From Mytilus californianus (taxonomy: Eukaryota), in the NCBI RefSeq assembly GCF_021869535.1, contig NW_026262740.1:124001-188000 (forward strand): a stretch of 64,000 bases of DNA, written 5' to 3'. Position numbers and translations under genes: made by a program. Below are positions 24,105-37,125 of the stretch, piece after piece; position 1 is the stretch's first letter; the number at the start of each line of letters is the position of its first letter. The notes beneath the pieces were generated by a model, which was not told the DNA's origin, searched no databases, and saw only the letters and a program-made list of their open reading frames with translations.

Positions 24105-24640
24105 ATAAAAAGTAAGATCACAAAATGCAGAACTCCGAGGAAAATTCTAAACGGAAATCCCTAATCAAATGGCAAAATTAAAAATTCAAACACATCAAAC
24201 GAATGGATAACAACTGTCATATTCCTGACTTGGTAAAGGCATTTTCTTATGTAGAAAATGGTGGATTAAACCTGGTTTTAAAGCTAGTTAAACCTCTCAC
24301 TTGTATGACAGTCGCATCATATTCCATTATATTGACATCGATGTGTCCACAATAGGTAAAAATGTCAAAAATAGGGGTACAGCAGTTAACATTGTGTTAT
24401 CATCTTAATCACTATAAACACAAACAAATGTAACAAAGAAGCACAAAAAGTTGTCGTTCAAAGTATGACGGAATACATAAGTACAGAGTCACTTCAAATG
24501 GATATCACAAAAAACAGACTTAACAGTAAAAGTAATATTAATAAAATAAAATAATTTTGTCGTTCAAAGTATGATGGGATACATAAGTACAGAATCCAGT
24601 CAAATGGATATCATAAAAAACATACTTAACAGTAAAAGTA
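24105..24640. mobile_element. Abundant non-autonomous interspersed repeat (also in opposite orientation at 55318-55450 and ~58540-59022)
   Basis: GAACTCCGAGGAAAATT..AAACGGAAA..CCCTAATCAAATGGCAAAA..CAAACGAATGGATAACAACTGTCATATTCCTGACTTGG matches the reverse complement of the other two copies. Ends with a ~106-bp tandem duplication (24451/24557). Class not determined. Confidence 0.75.
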
Positions 24641-25389
24641 ATATTGATAAAGACTGATGTTGGATAAAGGGGTTATCCACGCATCGGAACAATATTTTTA
24701 TATCATGGGTTATCAACATCATCTTTAACGTTTCTTCGTTCCCCATTTTTGACAGTCTCTTTATAAGTATTTCATCGTAATTCACCTTTGTTTGCCTTGG
24801 ATTTACGATTCTGTTTTCCAAAAAAATGTTCAAAGGAAAATTGTACAGTGTTATTGCACATAAGGTGTTGTATAATTATGAACAATCTCGTCAATTTCGT
24901 TAGATTTGTCTTAATTTACGGATTACTAAATGATATCTTGAACGTCCGAAAAAATATAATTATGTGAACAGGAATGAAATATTTGCCACTTGATATTTAG
25001 CCACCAACAAAATCAACAAACCGACGTAATATACTAACAGTATACTTTTCCTAGAAGAGAACTTCTCATACTTTTCATTATAAAGTACAAATGAAATCTG
25101 TCATGTCAGTCACAGTGTTGGATGATATGGTGGAATAGTTTTATTATACAAACCATCCTGAACTACTGAGTTTAAATCATCACACCTCAGCAAGCACGAC
25201 TAATTTATGCGCAGACCAACCCGTCACACAATAGCCCAAAAGGATTCTGTGACGTACCCATCCATATTCAGAAGTGGGAAATACAGATACTGATACTGAC
25301 TTTAGTGACAGTATTATATAACGAATACAGAGATGAAATGCTGGCACGCGTACTCTAAATTAAAGCGGACATTATTTTGAAGTCATTGT

Positions 25390-27660
25390 TTTCCAATATT
25401 TCTGTCATATGTATTATATAAGCCATCCTAACATCAAAATGTTATTGCATTTTAATGCGGCTATATATATTTACATAATAAAGTGCAAATATGGTCAGTT
25501 TTGTTTGATGCTGTTGAATAATTTTGTTATTAGAGTCAGCCTGAGGTATTAAAATTACTGAAATTTTGTTGCGAGACAATATTTTGAAAAAAAGAGGACA
25601 TGCTAGCTATCAAGATTGATGGGGACAATTTTTTGTTTTCATTGTATTGCAATGTTGCTGTCATTTGTATTATACAATCCATCCTGACATCAAAATATTG
25701 CAGATTTACTATGCGGCTATATAGATTTACATAATAAAGTGCAAATATGGCCAGTTTTGGTTGATGCTTTAAAATAATTTTGTTATACGAGTCAGCCTGA
25801 GGTATCAAAACTACTATAATTTTCTTGCAAGACAATATTTTGAATAATAAGAGGACATGCTGGCAATCTAGATTGATAGGGACAAATTTTTGTTGTCATT
25901 GTATTGCAATGTTGCTGTCATTTGTATTATACAATCCATCCTGACATCAAGCATGTCAAGATATTGCTGATTTACTATGTGGCTATATAGATAAACATAA
26001 TAAAGTGCAAATATGGTCAGTTTTGGTTGATGCGTTTAAATAATTTTGTTATACTAGTCAGCCTTAGGTATCAAAATTACTGAAATTTTGTTGCGAGACA
26101 ATATTTTGAATCAAAAGAGGACATGCTGGCAATCTAGATTGATGGGGATAATCTTTGTTGTCATTGTGTTGCAATGTTGCTGTCATTTGTATTATACAAT
26201 CCATTCTGACAATAAAATATAGCTGATTTACTATGTAGCTATATAGATATACATATTATTAAAAGTGCAAATATGGTCAGTTTTGGTTGATGCTTTAAAA
26301 TAATTTTGTTATGCAAGTCAGCCTGAGGTATCAAAACTACTGAAATTTTCTTGCGAGACAATATTTTGAATAAAAAGAGGACATGCTGGCTATCTAGATT
26401 GATGGGGACAAATTTTTGTTGTCATGGTATTGCAATGTTGCTGTCATTTGTATTATACAATCCATCCTGACATCAAAATACTGCTGATTTACTATGCGGC
26501 TATATAGATTTACATAATAAAGTGCAAATATGGTCAGTTTTGGTTGATGCTTTAAAATAATTTTGTTATACGAGTCAACCTGAGGTATCAAAACTACTAA
26601 AATTTTCTTGCAAGACAATTTTTTGAATAAAAAGAGGACATGCTGGCTATCTAGATTGATGGGGACAAATTTTTGCTGTCATTGTATTGCACTGTTGCTG
26701 TCATAAATTTGTATTATATAATCCATCCTGACATCAAGATATTGCTGATTTATTATGTGGCTATATAGATATACATAATAAAGTGCAAAAATGGTCAGTT
26801 TTTGTTCAGGAGTTAAAATAATTTTGTTATACTAGTCAGCCTGAGGTATAAAAATTACTGAAATTTTCTCGCGAGACAATATTTTGAATAAAAAGAGGAC
26901 ATGCTGGCTATCTAGATTGATCGAGACAAATTTTTGTTGTCATTGTATTGCACTGTTGCTGTCATTTGTATTATACAATCCATCCTGACATCAAGATATT
27001 GCCGATTTACTATATGGCTATATAGATATACACAATAAAGTGCAAATATGGTCAGTTTTGGTTGATGCGTAAAAATAATTTTGTTATATTAGTCAGCCTG
27101 AGGTATCAAAACTACTGAAATTTTCTTGCGAGACAATATTTTGAATAAAAAGAGGACATGCTGGCAAACTAGATTGATGGGGACAAATTTTTGTTGTCAT
27201 TGTGTTGCAATGTTGCTGTCATTTGTATAATGCAATCCATTCTGACATCAAAATATTGTTGATTTACTATGTGGCTATATAGATTATACAATCCATCCTG
27301 ACATCAAAATATTGCTGATTTACTATGCGGCTTTATAGATTTACATAATAAAGTTCAAATATGGTCAGATTTGGTTGATGCGTTAAAATATTTTTGTTAT
27401 ATGAGTCAGCATGAGTAATCAAAATTACTGAAATTTTGTTGCGAGACAATATTTTTAATAAAAAGAGGACAAAAATATTTCCAAAAATTTTAACCCTATA
27501 TAAATTAACAGATTGACACATTCCCCATTTCCATCCTCAATTTTATAATTAAGTGCAAATATGGTCAGTTTTTGTTGATGTGTTAAAATAATTTTGTTGT
27601 ACATGTACCAGTCAGCCTGAAGTATCAAAACTACAGATAATATATATATGTTCCTGAGAC
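25390..27660. repeat. ~257-bp tandem satellite, ~8 units plus partial
   Basis: The anchor GTCA(G/A)CCT(G/T)AGGTA recurs at 25535, 25791, 26057, 26317, 26574, 26835 and 27092, with a variant at 27405. Confidence 0.92.
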
Positions 27661-29396
27661 AGTAAAAAAACATGTTATATTGGAACCAGTCTGAGATGTG
27701 AAAACTACTGATTTTTTGTGATGATTCAATTATTTGAATAAAAAAAATACATGCATACTTGTACTGTTGATTGGTGCAGAAAAAGAAATATTATTAATAT
27801 TACGCTGGTCATAAGCATGATTAACTGTACATCAATATTGCTTTCAATTGTCATGATTATTTTATATGATCTAAGTACTATTCGTTTTTGGCATTGTTTG
27901 TCGATTTTATCTGAAAACCAAGTTTATAAGATTTACGCTACATTTTGAAACCGATAATACTAGCATTGTAACCAATTTCTTTTTTAATTTATAGATAGAC
28001 AGATCGCGGATAAATTTGCATTTCAAGCAAAGTTTTATGCGCACTTTATTTACAAATACATGCATATATATTTAATATGTATTGTTTATATAACCATCAT
28101 AGGCATGACCACGGAGGTTTTAATTTTATACATTAATTTACAATATTGTGATCAAAATTCGTTTTTTAAAACAAATAAATAATTTTGTAGTCGCACGCTT
28201 TCTTTGAAATTTAATTGCATTATGGGTAATTTCGGATCGTGAAGATAGAATGGTGTATGGTGTTATGTGTAAGGTGTATGGTGCAAAGGTGTAACGTGTA
28301 TGGTGTAATAGCACAAGGTGTATGGTGTAATGGTGTATGGTGTAAGTGGGAAGTTTACACCATCCAAGGACAGTATGAGTCCTTCAAGTTTAAAAGTTTC
28401 TTATTAACCATTATATTTAGGTCGAATGGAGGCAACTTCACAAATGGTCTGAGGTATTTAGTCGACTTGGCGTCTGAATTTAAGCTGCACTGGTAAGTAG
28501 ATCGACCCATATGTTACCATCTTGGTCTCCATACACGACAATGAATAACTGTGTATTTGAGCGGTTTCAACGTTTTTACGTGTACGTTAATTGTTCTATG
28601 GCTGACACAATGTGTTTGTTATCCAGCAAGTGATTCGGTGTATCAACCTATTCCAAATGATAGAAAAACAGTATTTTTCTTTGAAAAGGGAATGTTTCCA
28701 ATTCTGCATTCGATTCTTTAATATCTGACTTGTGTGTCTCGTGATGCATCACCAGCATCGAAAGAATAGTAAAAGATTAGATTGTATATCTTTTTCATGT
28801 TGTTTATTTCTGAAGATTTGTTGGGATAAGTGCAATTGCTAATACAAGTTTTAATCTCTGTCAGTTTTGTTAGTTGATGAGTGCTCTTCATTAAATTATT
28901 TTTCCTTTCAATTTGTAAATATTTCCAAAACATTCTCAAGAACCGACATCCCGAAGCGCTACCCGGGAATGAAGCTTAATAAAATATGCAAAATCAAATG
29001 CCGTTTGTTTTCATTTCCTGCAGGTATTTCATGATTCTCTATTGCTATTTCTGTATTCCAGTGAATTTTCAATTACTAATTTCGTTATCAATCAGTTATT
29101 GTAGTGTTATTTAAATAAAAAAAGAAAAGGTTGTTGTTCAATGCTACATCTGTGGGTACAAAATATGAAACGTTTGAGAGCATAGAAAACAAAAATAATT
29201 AAAACCTTCAACGGTACAATGTGAGCTCGCTTAAATTTCAAGCCGATATACATGTACCATTGTGCACGGTGAACAACTGACATATCAAAATTGGAAACTG
29301 GTAAATAAACAAAATAATCCGAATGGTGTCAATAAATATAAATTTGTCACGTTAAACGATCAATTAATTGAAAATAAAAATAAAAGTTTTCACTAC

Positions 29397-29696
29397 CTAG
29401 TATCAGTGTCTGCTTGGTTTTAGACTCCGAATAATGGCTTTTGGCATCTTTATAAACAGAACGCAAATTAAATTCATAATATGTTTCAGGTAGCAGTTTT
29501 TGAAGTGTGTACAAGCGTCGTCCATTTTTCCCTACCACTACATCTTTAGAAGAGAAAGTCCTGACAGGCAGGTTATCTGTTCCTAGAGGAGGTCGATGAT
29601 CAAGCTCATACGATAAGCACTCGTCTTGGACATCAATAAACCATTCAATGGTTATTGAACAATCGGTGCATTCAACTATGTCAAATTTTCTAGGAG
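29397..29696 (-). CDS. Fibronectin type III-like exon, intact (300 nt, phase 1-1)
   Basis: TTACAG acceptor and GTAGTG donor. Reads xPRKFDIVECTDCSITIEWFIDVQDECLSYELDHRPPLGTDNLPVRTFSSKDVVVGKNGRRLYTLQKLLPETYYEFNLRSVYKDAKSHYSESKTKQTLIL, with FN3 hallmarks (P..F, I.W, Y.L, L..L.P.T.Y.F.L, YS). Confidence 0.75.
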
Positions 29697-31316
29697 CTGT
29701 AATTGGATAAATGAAAATGTCATGAATCTACCTGGATGTCTTTTAGTTATTCAGAGAAAGAAGAGAATGAGCTAAGGCGGCTAATGCCATACAATTAGGC
29801 GAATAATACAGACAACGTCGTGTTCAATGACAAATTACAATCAAACAAACACATAATCTCCTTGAGGATAATCGGTTCCTACATGTATCGTGAAACAAGC
29901 TCAAAATCGTATACAGAGTGATTAATCATCACCAGAGGACAGATTGGCAAATATATCAGGTTTATTCTACATTATTACTAAAAGTTGTATTCGGTGATAT
30001 TACCGTAAGAAACATGAGGTCGAACTTCTGACACCGTCAACTTTGATATTATAGCGGTTATCTTGGGGTTGGTAACATTGATAGATTAGTTGCACTTGTT
30101 TGAATAATTTTCTTTTTTTAAATTCGTAGCTACTTTACAAATGCATTACTCTACATAAACGTCTCGAAATTAATAAAGTTACAGGACGCTCTCTTAGCAA
30201 GATTTACGACATGATGTGGATTTCGAAATGCCAAGACATTATTTGCAATCATTTTAAGTAAAAATATTTAAAAGACCACACAGTTAGTTATTCTAAAATT
30301 TTACATCACTTTTTATAATAGGAGTCCTTCAAGTTTAAAAGTTTCTTATTAACCATTATATTTAGGTCAAATGGAGACAACTTCACAAATGGTCTGTGGT
30401 ATTTAGTCGACTTGGCGTCTGAATTTAAGTTGCACGGGTAAGTATATCGACCAATTTGTTTACATCTTGGTCGCCATACACGACCATTAATAACTGTGTA
30501 TTTGAGCGGTTTCACCGATTTTACGTGTACGTTAATTGTTCTATGACTCGATACGATTTTTATGTTATCCAGCAAGTGAATCGGTGTATCAACCTAATCC
30601 AGTTGGTAGAAAAACAGTACTTTTCTTTCGATTCTTTAATAACTGACTTGTGCTTCTCGTTATGCATCACAAGCATCGAAAGAATAGTAAAAGATAAGAT
30701 TGTATATCTTTTTTCTGGTTGTTTATTTCTGAATATTTGTTGGGATAAGTGCAATTGCTAATAAAAGTTTTAATCTCTGTCAGTTTTGTTAGTTGATGAG
30801 TGCTCTTCATTAAATTATCTTTCCTTTCAATTTGTTCATATCCCCAAAACATTTGCAAGAACCGGCAATGCCCAAGCGCTCCTCGGGAATGAAGCTTAAT
30901 AAAATATGCAAAATCCAATGCCGTTTGTTTTCATTTGCTGCAGGTATTTCATGATTCTCTTTTTCTATTTCTGTATTCCAGCGAATTTTCAATTACTAAT
31001 TCCGTTATCAATCAGTTATTGTAGTGTGATTTAAATTAAAAACAAAAACGTTGTTGTTCGATGCTTCATCTGTGGGTACAAAATATGAAACGTTTGACAG
31101 CACAGAAAACACAAAAAATTAAAACCTTAAACGGTACAATGTAAAATCTCTTAATTTACAAGCCGATATACATGTACCATTGTGTACGGTGAACAACTGA
31201 CATATCTAAATTTGAGACTGGTAAAAAAACAAAATAATCCGAATGGTGTCAATAAAAATAAATTTGTCACGTTAAACGATCAATTAATTGAAAATAAAAA
31301 TAAAAGCTTTCACTAC

Positions 31317-31613
31317 CTTGTATCAGTGTCTGCTTGGTTTTAGACTCCGAATAATGGCTTTTGGCATCTTTATAAACAGAACGTAGTTTAAATTCATAAT
31401 ATGTTTCAGGTAGCAGATTTTGAAGTGTGTACAAGCGTCGTCCATTTTCCCCTTCCACTACATCTTTAGAAGAGAATGTCCTGACAGGCAGGTTTTCTGT
31501 ACCTGGAGGTCGATCGCCAAGCTCATACGATAGGCACTCGTCTTGGACATCTATAAACCATTCAATGGTAATGGAACAATTAGTGCATTCAACTATGTCA
31601 AATTTTCTAGGAG
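31317..31613 (-). CDS. Fibronectin type III-like exon, intact (297 nt, phase 1-1)
   Basis: Same splice signals; 99 codons with no stop. Confidence 0.75.
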
Positions 31614-32880
31614 CTGTAATGGATAAATGAAAATGTCATCAATCTACCTGGATATCTTTTAGTAATTCAGAGAAAGAGGAAATTGATATAAGGCGGTTAA
31701 TACCATACAATTAAGGGAACAAAACAGACAACGTCATGTTCAATGACACATTACAATCAAACAAACACATATTCCTTGAGGATCATCGGTTCCTACATGT
31801 ATCGTGAAACAAGCTTAAAATCGTATAAATAGTGATAAATCATCAACCGAGCGCAGACTGGTAAATTTATTAGGTTTATTCTAAAATATTACCAAAAGTT
31901 GTATTCGGTGATATTACCGTAAGAAACATGAGGTCGAACTTCTGACACCGTCAACTTTGATATTATAGCGGTTATCTTGGGGTTACTAACATTGATACAT
32001 TAGTTGCACTTGTTTGAATAATTTTCTTTTTTCAATTCGTAGCTACTTTACATGCACGTCTCGAAATTAAAAAAGTTACAGAACGCTCTCTCAGAATGAT
32101 TTACGACATGATGTGGATTTCGAAAAGCAAGACATTATTTGCAATCATTTTGAGTAAAAATATTTAAAAGACCACACGGTTAGTTATTGTAAAATTTTAC
32201 ATCACTTTTAATATTAAGAGTCCTTCAAGTTTAATTTTCTTATTAACCATTATCTTTAGGTCAAATGAAGACAACTTCATAATTGGTCTGTGGTATTTAG
32301 TCGACTTGGCGTCTGAATTTAGGATGCACGGGTAAGTAGATCGACCCATTTGTTTACATCTTGGTCTCCATACACGACAATGAATAACTGTGTATTTGAG
32401 CGGTTTCACCGATTTTACGTGTACGTTAATTGTTCTATGATTCAATACTTTTTTTTACATTATCCAGCAAGTGATTCGGTGTATCAACCTATTCCAAATG
32501 GTAGAAAAACAGTACATTTCTTTAAAAAGACAATGTTTCTATTTCTGCATTCTATTCTTTAATATCTGACTTGTGTGTCTCGTTATGCATCACCAGCATC
32601 GGAAGAATAGTAAAAAATTAGATAGTATATCTTCTTTCAGGTTGTTTATTTCTGAAGATTTGTTGGGATAAAAGCAATTGCTAATAAAAGTTTTAATCTC
32701 GGTCAGTTTTGTTAGTTGAGTGCTCTTTCCTTTCCTTTCAATTTGTACATATCCCCAGAACATTCTCTAGAACCGACATACCAAAGCGCTCCCTGGGAAT
32801 GAAGCTTAGTAAAAATTGCAACATCAAATGCCGTTAGTTTTCATTTCCTGCAGGTATTTCATGATTCTCTATTGCTATTT

Positions 32881-33308
32881 CCCCCCCAAGGGTGACTGGG
32901 GAATAGAAGTATGGTCACCATTGGTCTTCCTCCGACCGGCAGTAAAACCCGTGCTAAAGTGGGGCGTCCGTTTGGCTGTGCGGGATGTACAAATTTGCAG
33001 CCACGTCCGGTCAGAATGGGGACGTTAAATCCGATGCCTCGTGTAAAGAGAGTGCCACGCTCTTTGCACGTTAAGAACCCTTGCAACAACTCTTTGAGGG
33101 GTCCGTAGGTGACCTGTTGCAAGGGTAAATTTCTGTCCCTATCCAATATACCCTCATTTCCCGTGGCAGTCTAAATTTCTCCGACCTTAATCCCTTAATC
33201 TATTACAGAACCTACCTATTGTATTTATTGTGAACTTGTTCTCGTCCTGAATATGCATGAAATATTTGCCACTGGACGTTAAGCAACCAACAATCAATCA
33301 TCAATCAA
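32881..33308 (+). mobile_element. Young full-length SINE-like element with 12-13-bp TSD
   Basis: TSD CTATTGCTATTT at 32869-32880 and 33310-33321, (CAAT)n tail. Absent from the other three array units, which show the empty site. Confidence 0.95.
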
Positions 33309-33674
33309 TCTATTGCTATTTCTGTATTCCAGCGAATTTTCAATTACTAATTCCGTTATCAATCAGTTATTGTAGTGTGATTTAAATTTAAAAAAAAAGA
33401 AAAACGTTGTTCTTCGATGCTACATCTGTGGGTACAAAATATGAAACGTTTGAGAGCATAGAAAACACAAATAATTAAAACCGTAAACGGTACAATGTAA
33501 AATCTCTTAATTTACAAGCCGATATACATGTACCATTGTGTACGGTGAACAACTGACATATCTAAATTTGAGACTGGTAAAAAAACAAAATAATCCGGAT
33601 AGTGTCAATACAGATAGATCTGCGTTACGTTAAACGATCTATTTATTGGAAATAAAAATAAAAGCTTTCACTAC

Positions 33675-33971
33675 CTTGTATCAGTGTCTACTTGGTTTTA
33701 GACTCCGAATAATGGCTTTTGGCATCTTTATAAACAGAACGTAGTTTAAATTCATAATATGTTTCAGGTAGCAGATTTTGAAGTGTGTACAAGCGTCGTC
33801 CATTTTCCCCTTTCACTACATCCTTAGAAGAGAATGTCCTGACAGGCAGGTTTTCTGTACCTGGAGGTCGATCTCCAAGCTCATACGATAGGCACTCGTC
33901 TTGGACATCAATAAACCATTCAATGGTTATTGAACAATCAGTGCATTCAACTATGTCAAATTTTCTAGGAG
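33675..33971 (-). pseudogene. FN3-like exon with one nonsense change (CAG>TAG at 33688-33690)
   Basis: Codon-by-codon comparison with the intact copies; splice signals retained. Confidence 0.75.
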
Positions 33972-35611
33972 CTGTAAATGGATAAATGAAAATGTCATCA
34001 ATCTACCTGGATATCTTTTAGTTATTCAGAGAAAGAGGAAATTGATATAAGGCGGTTAATGCCATACAATTAAGCGAATAAAACTGACAACGTCATGTTC
34101 AATGACACATTACAATCAAACAAACACACATTCTCCTTGAGGATCATCGGTTCCTACATGTATCGTGAAACAAGCTTAAAATCGTATAAATAGTGATAAA
34201 TAATCAACCGAGCGCAGACTGGTAAATTTATCAGGTTTATTCTAAAATATTACGTAAAGTTGTATTCAGTGATATTACCGGAAGAAACATGAGGTCGAAC
34301 TTCTGACACCGTCAACTTTGATATTATAGCGGTTATCTTGGGGTTAGTAACATTGATACATTAGTTGCACTTGTTTGAATAATTTTCTTTTTTTAATTCG
34401 TAGAAACTTTACAGATGCATTACTCTACATAAACGTCTCGAAATTAATAAAGTTACAGAACGCTCTCTCAGCAAGATTTACGACATAAAGGTGGATTTCG
34501 AAAAGCAAGACACTATTTGCAATCATTTTGAGTAAAAATATTTAAAAGACCACACGGTTAGTTATTGTAAAATTTTACATCACTTTTAATACTAGGAGTC
34601 TTTCAAGTTTAAGTTTCTTATTAGCCCTTATCTTTAGGTCAAATGGAGACAACTTCACAAATGGTCTGTGGTATTTAGTCGACTTGGGGTCTGAATTTAA
34701 GATGCACGGGTAAGTAGATCGACCAATTTGTTTACATCTTGGTCTCCATACACGACCATTTATAACTGTGTATTTGAGGGGTTTCACCGATTTTACGTGT
34801 ACGTTAATTGTTCTATGACTCGATACAATTTTTATGTTATCCAGCAAGTGATTCGGTGTATCAACCTATTCCAGATGGTAGAAAAACAGTACATTTCTTT
34901 AAAAAAAAGAATGTTTCTATTTCTGCATTCTATTCTTTAATATCTGACTTGTGTGTCTCGTTATGCATCACCAGCATCGGAAGAATAGTAAAAGATTAGA
35001 TTGTATATCTTCTTTCAGGTTGTTTATTTCTGAAGATTTGTTGGGATAAAAGCAATTGCTAATAAAAGTTTTAATATCTGTCAGTTTTGTTAGTTGAGTG
35101 CTCTTTTCTTTCCTTTCAATTTGTACATATCCCCAAAACATTCTCTAGAACCGACATACCAAAGCGCTCCCCGGGAATGAAGCTTAATAAAAAATGCAAA
35201 ATCAAATGCCATTTGTTTTCATTTGCTGCAGGTATTTCATGATTCTCTATTGCTATTTCTGTATTCCAGCGAATTTTCAATTACTAATTCCGTTATCAAT
35301 CAGTTATTGTAGTGTGATTTAAATTTTTAAAAAAAGAAAAACGTTGTTCTTCGATGCTACACCTGTTGGTAAAAAATATGAAACGTTTGAGAGCATAGAA
35401 AACACAAATAATTAAAACCTTAAACGGTACAATGTAAAATCTCTTAATTTACAAGCCGATATACATGTACCATTGTGTACGGTGAACGACTGACATATCT
35501 AAATTTGAGACTGGTAAAAAAACAAAATAATCCGTATCGTGTCAATACATATAAATTTGTGTTACGTTAAACGATCAATTAATTGGAAATAAAAATAAAA
35601 GCTTTCACTAC

Positions 35612-35908
35612 CTAGTTTCAGTGTCTGCTTGGTTTTAGACTGCGAATAATGGCTTTTGGCATCTTTCTAAACAGAACGCAGTTTAAATTCATAATATGTT
35701 TCAGGTAGCAGATTTTGAATTGTGTACTTGCGTCGTCCATGTTCCCCTTCCACTACATCTTTAGAAGAGAATGTCCTGACAGGCAGGTTTTCTGCATCTG
35801 GAGGTCGATGATCAGGCTCATACGATAAGTACTCGTCTTGGTCATCAATAAACCATGCAATGCTTATTGAACAATCAGTGCATTCAACTATGTCAAATTT
35901 TCAAGGAC
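35612..35908 (-). pseudogene. FN3-like exon with two nonsense changes (AGA>TGA at 35901-35903; TAT>TAG at 35667-35669)
   Basis: Codon-by-codon comparison with the intact copies. Confidence 0.75.
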
Positions 35909-36842
35909 CTGTAAATTGATATATGAAAATGTCATCAATCTACCTGGATATCTTTTAGTTATTCAGAGAAAGAAGAAGAGAATGATCTAAAGCGGTTAAT
36001 GCAAAACAATTGAGGGAAAAATACAGACAACGTCGTTATCAATGACAACTTACAAGCAAACAAACACACGTTCTCTTTAAGGATCATCGGTTCCTACATG
36101 TATTGTGAAACAAGCTTAAAATCGTATAAATAGTAATCATCAACCGAGCGCAGATTTATTCTAAATTATTACTAAAAGTTGTATTCGATGATATTACCGT
36201 AAGAAACATGAGGTCGAACTTCTGACACCGTCAAATTTGATATTATAGCGGTTATCTTGGGGTTAGTATCATTGATACATTATTTGCATTTGTTTGAATA
36301 ATTTTCTTTTTTTAATTCGTAAGTATTTCACAAATGCATTACTCTACAAGAAAGTCTCGAAATTAATAAAGTTACAGAACGCTCTCTTAAGAAGATTTAC
36401 GACATGATGTGGATTTCTAAATGCAAAGACATTATTTTCAATCATTTTGATTAAAAATATTGAAAATAAAATTGAGAATGGAAATGGGGAATGTGTCAGA
36501 GCAGTCAAGACTAAATTTAAAAGTCAAGACGGAGTCGAGACTGGGCGAGAATTTGTCGAGACCATATTCTGACTATGCCAAGATTATCAAGTACTGAATC
36601 AGACTTATTAAGTCAAGTCGAGACCAAAGTCGAGTACAGTTAATTACTGTCGAGATTATATCGAGTTTTGTCAAGTAAAATCAGTTTGTAGTGTAGGACA
36701 AGCGTAAAATCGTACAAATAGTGATAAAACACCTGATATCAGATTGGTACATGTAGCATGTCTTATTCTAAAAGATTATTAAAAATTGTAGTCGGTGATG
36801 TCACAGAAAAAAATGACGAACTTCTGGTACCGTCAAATGTGT

Positions 36843-37125
36843 ATCAGTGACGCTCAGATCAAAATAGTTATAAAACCTAGCAAGTACAAAGTTAAGAGCA
36901 TTGAGAATCCAAAATTAAAAAAGTAGGACCAAATACGGCTAAGGTCATGTATGCCTCGGATAAGAAAATCCTTAGTATTTCGAAAATTCATACTTTTGTA
37001 AACAAGAAATTTATAAGAATGACCAAGTAATTGATATTAATGTCGACTCCGAAGTGCTGACTACTAAACGTTTAAAAAAATGAGTGGTTTAGATAAACTC
37101 ATCATATATACCAGGATTAGACTGA
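36843..37125 (-). mobile_element. Retrozyme-like monomer lacking most of the hammerhead core
   Basis: Begins ATCAGTGACGCTC (only stem I and CUGAU of the core), has a body like the 18440 copy, and ends TAAACTCATCATATATACCAGGATT, identical to 18440-18464. Confidence 0.65.

Larger units (their letters stand above)
28370..36460. repeat. Tandem segmental array of ~1.92-1.94-kb units (~4.2 copies), each with one FN3-like exon
   Basis: The anchor GAGTC(C/T)TTCAAGTTT recurs at ~28378, 30322, 32218 and 34596 (third spacing inflated by a SINE). High identity across introns and exons. Confidence 0.92.

Noticed and set aside
23865-24164. YVNVT-repeat glycoprotein ORF
   Set aside because: Translation of a 15-bp minisatellite running into an interspersed repeat; no signal peptide or exon structure.
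25390-27660. CRISPR array or coding repeats (ORFs MSCKKI...)
   Set aside because: Whole units are homologous with no unique spacers, the context is eukaryotic, and the ORFs are not maintained between units.
32885-33030. Canonical HDV-like ribozyme at the SINE 5' end
   Set aside because: A P3/L3-like GGTC-TTCCTCC-GACC and a CAGAATGGGGAC 3' segment are present, but I cannot build P1 in the right order or the P1.1 GG, so it is not called as a feature.
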